Assembly (NCBI GenBank): GCA_030390025.1
Contig: CM059431.1
Coordinates: 125,428,001 to 125,492,000 of the forward strand
Origin: Squalus acanthias
Lineage: Eukaryota
Direction of reading: 5' to 3'
Length of the DNA: 64,000 nt
Part shown: positions 58,444 through 64,000 of the stretch, piece after piece
Layout of the letters: every line of letters starts with the position of its first letter
Numbering within the stretch: position 1 is the stretch's first letter
Notes under the pieces: model-generated
Told to the model about the DNA's origin: nothing
The model's database searches: none
What the model saw: the letters and a program-made list of their open reading frames with translations, nothing else
Program-made: the position numbers and the translations under genes

Positions 58444-61400
58444 CTAGAACCCGCGCAGCCCGTCTACCTGTGTCCGCTTAGCTATGATGCGTGGAAGCGA
58501 CCTTTGGTGGAGATGGAGGTAGAGAAACAGAGGGGTAGTTATTTGTTGGACACGGGAGCTTCTTGCACCATAATCCATACAGATAGCCCTTTTGACTCGC
58601 CGCTATCCACCAGGGTCCCATTCACGTTAGCGAGTTTCACAGGAAAAGAACAGGCTGGCACGTTCTCCCTTCCGCTATCCATTCGTTTAGGAGCACTTCA
58701 CCTTAAGTGGAAGTGTATACTGATGGAATGGCAGGAGGGGGGTGGAAGAGGTATTCTCGGGTCTGATCTTCTATCGGGACACGGGATCCTCGTGGACCTC
58801 AGAAATCACTGTCTCTGGGGGGCTAAGGGTGAAAAAGGCGAGGTAATAGTGATTCCGGGGGAGGAAGAAACAGGGGTCCTGTGTACCGTACAGCCATCCG
58901 GAGGCTACGACCTCAGGCTTATGGTCGCAGATGTCCCAACGGACATGCAAACGTACGTGTCAGATAATATGCACGCGTTTGCAACCCACAAGCACGATTG
59001 TGGGAGGGTTGTCGGGTTTGAGGTCAGCGTAGATGGGGACCCCATGACCCGACCCCAAAAGCAGTATAACTTCCCCAAAGAAGCAGAACCTGATATGGAG
59101 ACAGCAATGTCCTCCTTGGTGCAGCAGGGCGTGTTGAGGCCGATAGCCACACACGTGAACTCCCCATTATGGCCGGTTAGGAAGCCGGATAATTCGTGGA
59201 GAGCCACGGTGGACTACAGAGTCCTTAACAGTAACATTCCCGCCTGCGCGCCCACGGTAGCAGCAGTTGCTGACCTAATAGGGAGCATTCCAGCGTCCGC
59301 GACCACGTTCACGGTGCTGGATATCTCGAACGGTTTTTGGTCCATCCCGCTGCGGCGAGAGGACCAGTACAAGTTTGCCTTTACTTTCAAAGGACAACAG
59401 TACACATGGAACTGTCTGCCACAGGGTTTCCACAATAGCCCCAGTATTTTCCATCAGTGTATGGCAGGAAGTTTAAAGGAGTTTAGTCAGCCCAATCAGT
59501 TAGTGCAGTATGTGGATGATTTGCTCCTATTTACGGACTCAAGGGAGGAGCATGGACCACTGCTGGACGAGTTATTGGAGCTGCTAGCGAGAAAGGGTTT
59601 TAAAATAAATCCTAAGAAAGCACGTATCGGTCAGCGGGAAGTAAAATTCCTGGGACTGACCATACGCGCTGGGGAAAGAGCCATAGACAAAGCAAGGAGG
59701 GAGTCGGTGCAAGAATTACCGATTCCCAACAACGTAAGTGGTGTGAGGTCCTTCTTGGGACTGACCGGTTACTGCAGGGATTTTATCGAAGACTATGCGG
59801 CCACAGCAGCGCCGCTCCTCCGACTCCTCCATAAGGGGGTGGAGTGGTCTTGGGACGAGGGCTGCCAAGCAGCCTTCGAGAAGTTAAAAAGGGATCTGCA
59901 GACCGCGCCAGCCTTAGGGGCCATAGATGGGGGGAAGGAGTTTTTCCTGGAGGTAGCTGCCAGCGGAGACAGCTTGAGCGCTGTGCTGCTCCAAGAGCGT
60001 CACGGCAAGCTGAGGCCGGTTGTCTATTCATCCAGGGTGTTAACGGATGTGGAGAGAAGTTTCTCCAATTGCGAAAGGCACCTTTTAGCCACGCATTGGG
60101 CTGTGAAAAGATCAGCGATCTTCACAGGGCTCTCTCCCATCACTCTCCTCACACATCACACACCAACTAAGATGCTTCTGGATGGGAGGATTAAAGATGG
60201 GACCGTAAGCAGCGTGCGCATTGCGCGCTGGACCCTTCTTCTCTCCCAGTTGGATCTTAGAGTAAAAGGTCTTTGCGAGCCCAGGCTTGCGGCCAATTTG
60301 GTATACCCCGGTACAGCCCACCGGTGTTCGGTGGAAGGGGTGTGGGACGTCAACATAGGTTTACGGGCCGGGATACATCCCACTGGGCGCGAGATTTATG
60401 TTGATGGGTCTAGCACAGTATCTGCTGGCGAACGACTCACGGGGTGTGGAGTTTATGACCCTGCGGCAAACCTTGCCCTGGCGATCAAGCTCTCCAGCAC
60501 CATGAGCGCGCAGCAGGCTGAGCTGTCTGCCGTGGTGTACGTTGTTACCCACCCAGACATTTTCCCAACCCCATACACGATTTGCTCGGACAGTATGTTC
60601 ACCTGCAATTCGTGTACGGAATACCTGGCCATTTGGTCCCGCCGTGGATACACCTCCGCGGACGGGCGACCTTTAACGGTGAAGCCCTTGCTGGAAAAGA
60701 TCCTAGCAGCAGCAGTAGGGGAGGAAGGGGAGATTTTCATCCATAAGGTGAAAGCTCACTCCTCCACAGAGCCCCGTGGGGAGGGCAACCAGCAGGCGGA
60801 TGCGCTAGCCAGGGAAGGTGCCCGCAACGGCATTTTCTGGGACCCCTATGGGACCAGACCCATAGCAGCGATCCGAGGCAGGGACGGGAATCCCGGGGAC
60901 ACCAGGGTAGCATTGCCCCTAGACCTTAAGACCGTCCAAGCCCAGGATCCCGCCCTAAAAGCAGTCCTAAAAACCATTGCTGAGGGGAGGCAGGTAGAAG
61001 GTCCGTACAGTACGGCAACCCTCTCAGTTAAGGAAGGCATGCTGTTCCGCGAGGAGCAGTGGGTTGTGCCGCAGCAGCACAGGAGGGAATTCCTCCAGTT
61101 GGCTCACGAGAGACCAGGGGCAGGGCACCCCGGGCCCGAGGTTACCTGGCAACGGGTAGAGCAAGCGGGATGGTGGCCAGGGCTCAGGGAACAAGTCCGC
61201 GAGTTCTGTGCAAACTGTCTTGTGTGCGCTGCAAACAACCCAGACCCCCAGAAAAGGAAGGTGCCCATGGGACACGTAAGAAGGGTAGAGGGACCATGGC
61301 AGTCGATACAGATCGACTATATAGGACCCCTGCCCACCACCCAGGGAGGCTATAAATATTGCCTCGTCTTGGTGGATGTGTTTTCCAAGTGGGTGGAAGC

Positions 61401-62409
61401 CTTCCCTTGTCGAACAGCTACGGCACTGGGTACAGCAAAAATCTTGGTCCGGGAAGTGTTCTCGCGGTGGGGACTTCCCCGTTTTGTGGAGTCAGACTAA
61501 GGGAGTCATTTCACCGGCCAGGTGATGCAGAACACCCTCATGCTTTTGGGCATTGAAGGGAAGTGGCACGTAGCACACAATCCCCAGTCATCCGGGATTG
61601 TTGAACGCATGAACCGGACCCTGAAGGAGAAATTGAGGAAAGAGACTAGGAACTCGCCCCAAAAATGGGCGGAAGTTCTGCCTTTAGTCCTCATGGGGGT
61701 CCGGGCCAGTCAGTCAAAAAGTACGGGGTACTCCCCGCACGAGGTGATGACTGGGAGGCTCATGCGAACCCCCACCCATGTGCTAGCGCCGGTGCTCACT
61801 GAGGGTCAGCTCCAAGAGATAAGCAGGGACAAGTTCGCCCAGACTCTCTTGGAGCGCCTGAAGCAGGTTTATGAGCAGGCGGCTGGGAACATGGGAAGGC
61901 AGCATCAGGGCAATCGCTTGTTGCTGGAACCCCGCAAAACGCGGGAGTGGGAAGTAGGAGACCAGGTCATGGTCAGAAACTACGCCAGAATAGGGAGTCT
62001 GGAACCACTGTATATGGGACCCTACAACATTGTAGACAAGGCGAGTCCCATGGTATACGCCGTAAAAGTACCTCGGCGCACTAAGTGGTTCCACGTAAAC
62101 CAATGCAAACTGTACAAGCCAGGTGCGCAAGGGAAAACTACAGGGGTAAATCCCGCCAGTGGGAAAGCACAGCCCCAGGTAGGACCACAAGGCACACAGG
62201 CAGGCAAAGCAGCTTGCATCAGGGGAGGGGACATCCTGGAAGATCATGAAGCGTTTTTCTGGAATTGGGAGTTAGATGAGGGAGAATTCAGGGAACTCGA
62301 GTCAGATGAGGATAGTGATGACGACGAGTGGTTTTGGAGGAACGGTCCCGTTTTCGATATGGGGAGAATACGGGCTGCAGATAGAGATCCACACAGGGTG
62401 GACACACAA
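58444..62409 (+). pseudogene. pol: Pol of provirus 2: nonsense TAA at 61498-61500 in the integrase core, and 3'-truncated
   Basis: In frame with gag. Reads ESD*GSHF where provirus 1 has ESDQGSHF. The frame continues as ORF 61522-62418. Confidence 0.92.
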
Positions 62410-62633
62410 TTCACTTAATTTATTATTGATAAAACATTAACATTGTGATCGGGCTGTTGGTAGTATGGAGGAGGGTACCTTTTAATGATACAGGCTCAGC
62501 ATCCAACACTGCAGCCACATGGCGAGCCGCTCGGCCCTAATTCTTGCAGGGTTTGTATTGTTTGTCTAAAGCTACTCTTCAGGTCATCCCCCTCTAATTC
62601 TACCTCACCCAGATTATTCTGCTTAAACACCTT

Positions 62634-64000
62634 GGGGAAAAAATTTGGTTGCTTAGAGCCTCCCGTTAGCACATTCGGGGGGCGCTAACGGGGCGTTAGG
62701 AAGTTAGCGCCCGAGCGCGGTGATGTTCGTGCCGCTAGCGAAATCGACCAGACATTTTGCAGCGGCGCTAAACACTACCACCACGACCTCTTGCGCCCGC
62801 AGATCATGACGTCAGTTGAGCGTGCAACGCCCCGGTAGCGCCCCGGACTGGATATTGAGTCGCGCCACCTGCCTTTCCACCTGCCGCTATAAACAACAGG
62901 TAGAGGGGAACGTTTTGCAGTCGGGAAGGGGCTGGGGGAGCGCTATTTAAAGGTGGCCACTTCATGCCTTTTTTTGTTGGTGAAATTTTTGCACCACGCA
63001 TTCTGAGAGGGAGAGAGATGTCTGGAGAGATTCAACGCTGTGTGAAGGAGTTTTGGGTCCTGAGCAGCACTTTGCAGTTTCATTTTGATTTGACCTTACT
63101 TGCATTGATTTAGAAGAGACTGTGGGGGCTGCACTGATTCGGGGCGTCGTCCTGCACCTGCAGAATCGGAGGAAGCAGAGACGCAGAGAGAGAGTGGCAA
63201 ACATGGCCAGAGGGAGGAGGGCCAACAGGCCTCTGCACAGGAAACCTTACCCTCCCAGGGTATTCAGGGAACAGTTTTCATACCTTCATTTGTCTGAGGA
63301 GCAGTGTTTGCGCAGGCTGCGCTTCAGCAAGGAGGTGATCATTTGAGCTATGCCATCTGCTGCAACCAGATCTGCAGCCTCAACTCAGGACCAGGACGTC
63401 TCTGTCGGTGGCAGTGAAGGTGACAGTGGCTCTGAATTTTTATGCCAGCGGCTCCTTTCAAGCTTCTACTGGGGACATCGCCAATATATCCCAGTTCGCT
63501 GTCCATTGCTGTATCCAGGAGGTGACAAATGCCCTGTATAAAAGGAGACGCCAGTACATCTCTTTCCCGGGCCAAACAGCATGAACACGCATGTGGCTTT
63601 GCTCGGATAGCGGGCTTCCCCATGGTGCAGGGCACCATTCCCTCCATGAATGTGGCATTATGGGCACTGCATGAAAAGGCAAAGGTATTCCGAAACCGCA
63701 AGGGCTACCACTCCTTAAACATCCAGTTGGTCTGTGACCACACACAGCTCATACTCGCCGTCAATGCTCGCTATCCTGGCAGCAGCCACAATGCTTTCAT
63801 CCTGCGCCAGACCTTTTCCAGGCACCGCATCACCCAAGTGGATGGCTCCTCGGGGACAAGGGTTATCCACTCTGCACGTGGCTGATGACACCGCTCCGTA
63901 ACATGAACACCCCTGCCAAGCTGCGGTATAATGAGAGCCATATCGCCATCAGGAATATAACTGAGCAGACGATCGGCATGCTCAAGCAACGGTTCCGCTG
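62634..64000 (+). mobile_element. Harbinger transposon H5: left end and transposase pseudogene (from ~63122), runs off window
   Basis: [79 protein letters not shown]. Confidence 0.85.

Larger units (their letters stand above)
54946..62409 (+). mobile_element. Second provirus (sequence variant), 3'-truncated: LTR-PBS-gag-pol, no env or 3' LTR
   Basis: LTR TGTAGAATTCGC...CCCTTACA followed by PBS, gag and pol. Homology to provirus 1 stops after GTGGACACACAA at 62409. Confidence 0.93.

Noticed and set aside
7514..64000. All six transposase-bearing Harbingers having the transposase on +
   Set aside because: Three derivatives point the other way, and the LINEs and LTRs are mixed. The sample is too small to claim a strand bias.

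Overview
Transposon-dense vertebrate genomic DNA, most likely from a cartilaginous fish (inferred from an HE1-type V-SINE and HER1/CR1-type LINE tails). No host gene can be supported. The window holds decayed PIF/Harbinger DNA transposons (transposase on +, Myb/SANT-like gene on -) and their non-autonomous derivatives, an RTE LINE with a ~220-bp target duplication, and CR1/L2 fragments. The centrepiece is four independent integrations of one unusual retrovirus family: a young full-length provirus (23120-36131, minus strand, 4-bp TSD GGAT), a 3'-truncated second variant (54946-62409) and two LTR-only relics. The virus has ~1.6-kb LTRs and a tRNA-Arg(TCG) PBS that overlaps the first ATG of gag. 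Gag and pol are in frame across a UGA-CUAG readthrough-type stop, Pol has two RNase H-like domains, and Gag carries an overlapping PSAP/PPxY late motif. The intact 783-aa Env looks like a paramyxo/pneumovirus/baculovirus-F-type fusogen with an apparent N-terminal immunoglobulin domain. This best fits a lokiretrovirus-like lineage. All family assignments come from motif reading by eye and need HMM and phylogenetic confirmation.
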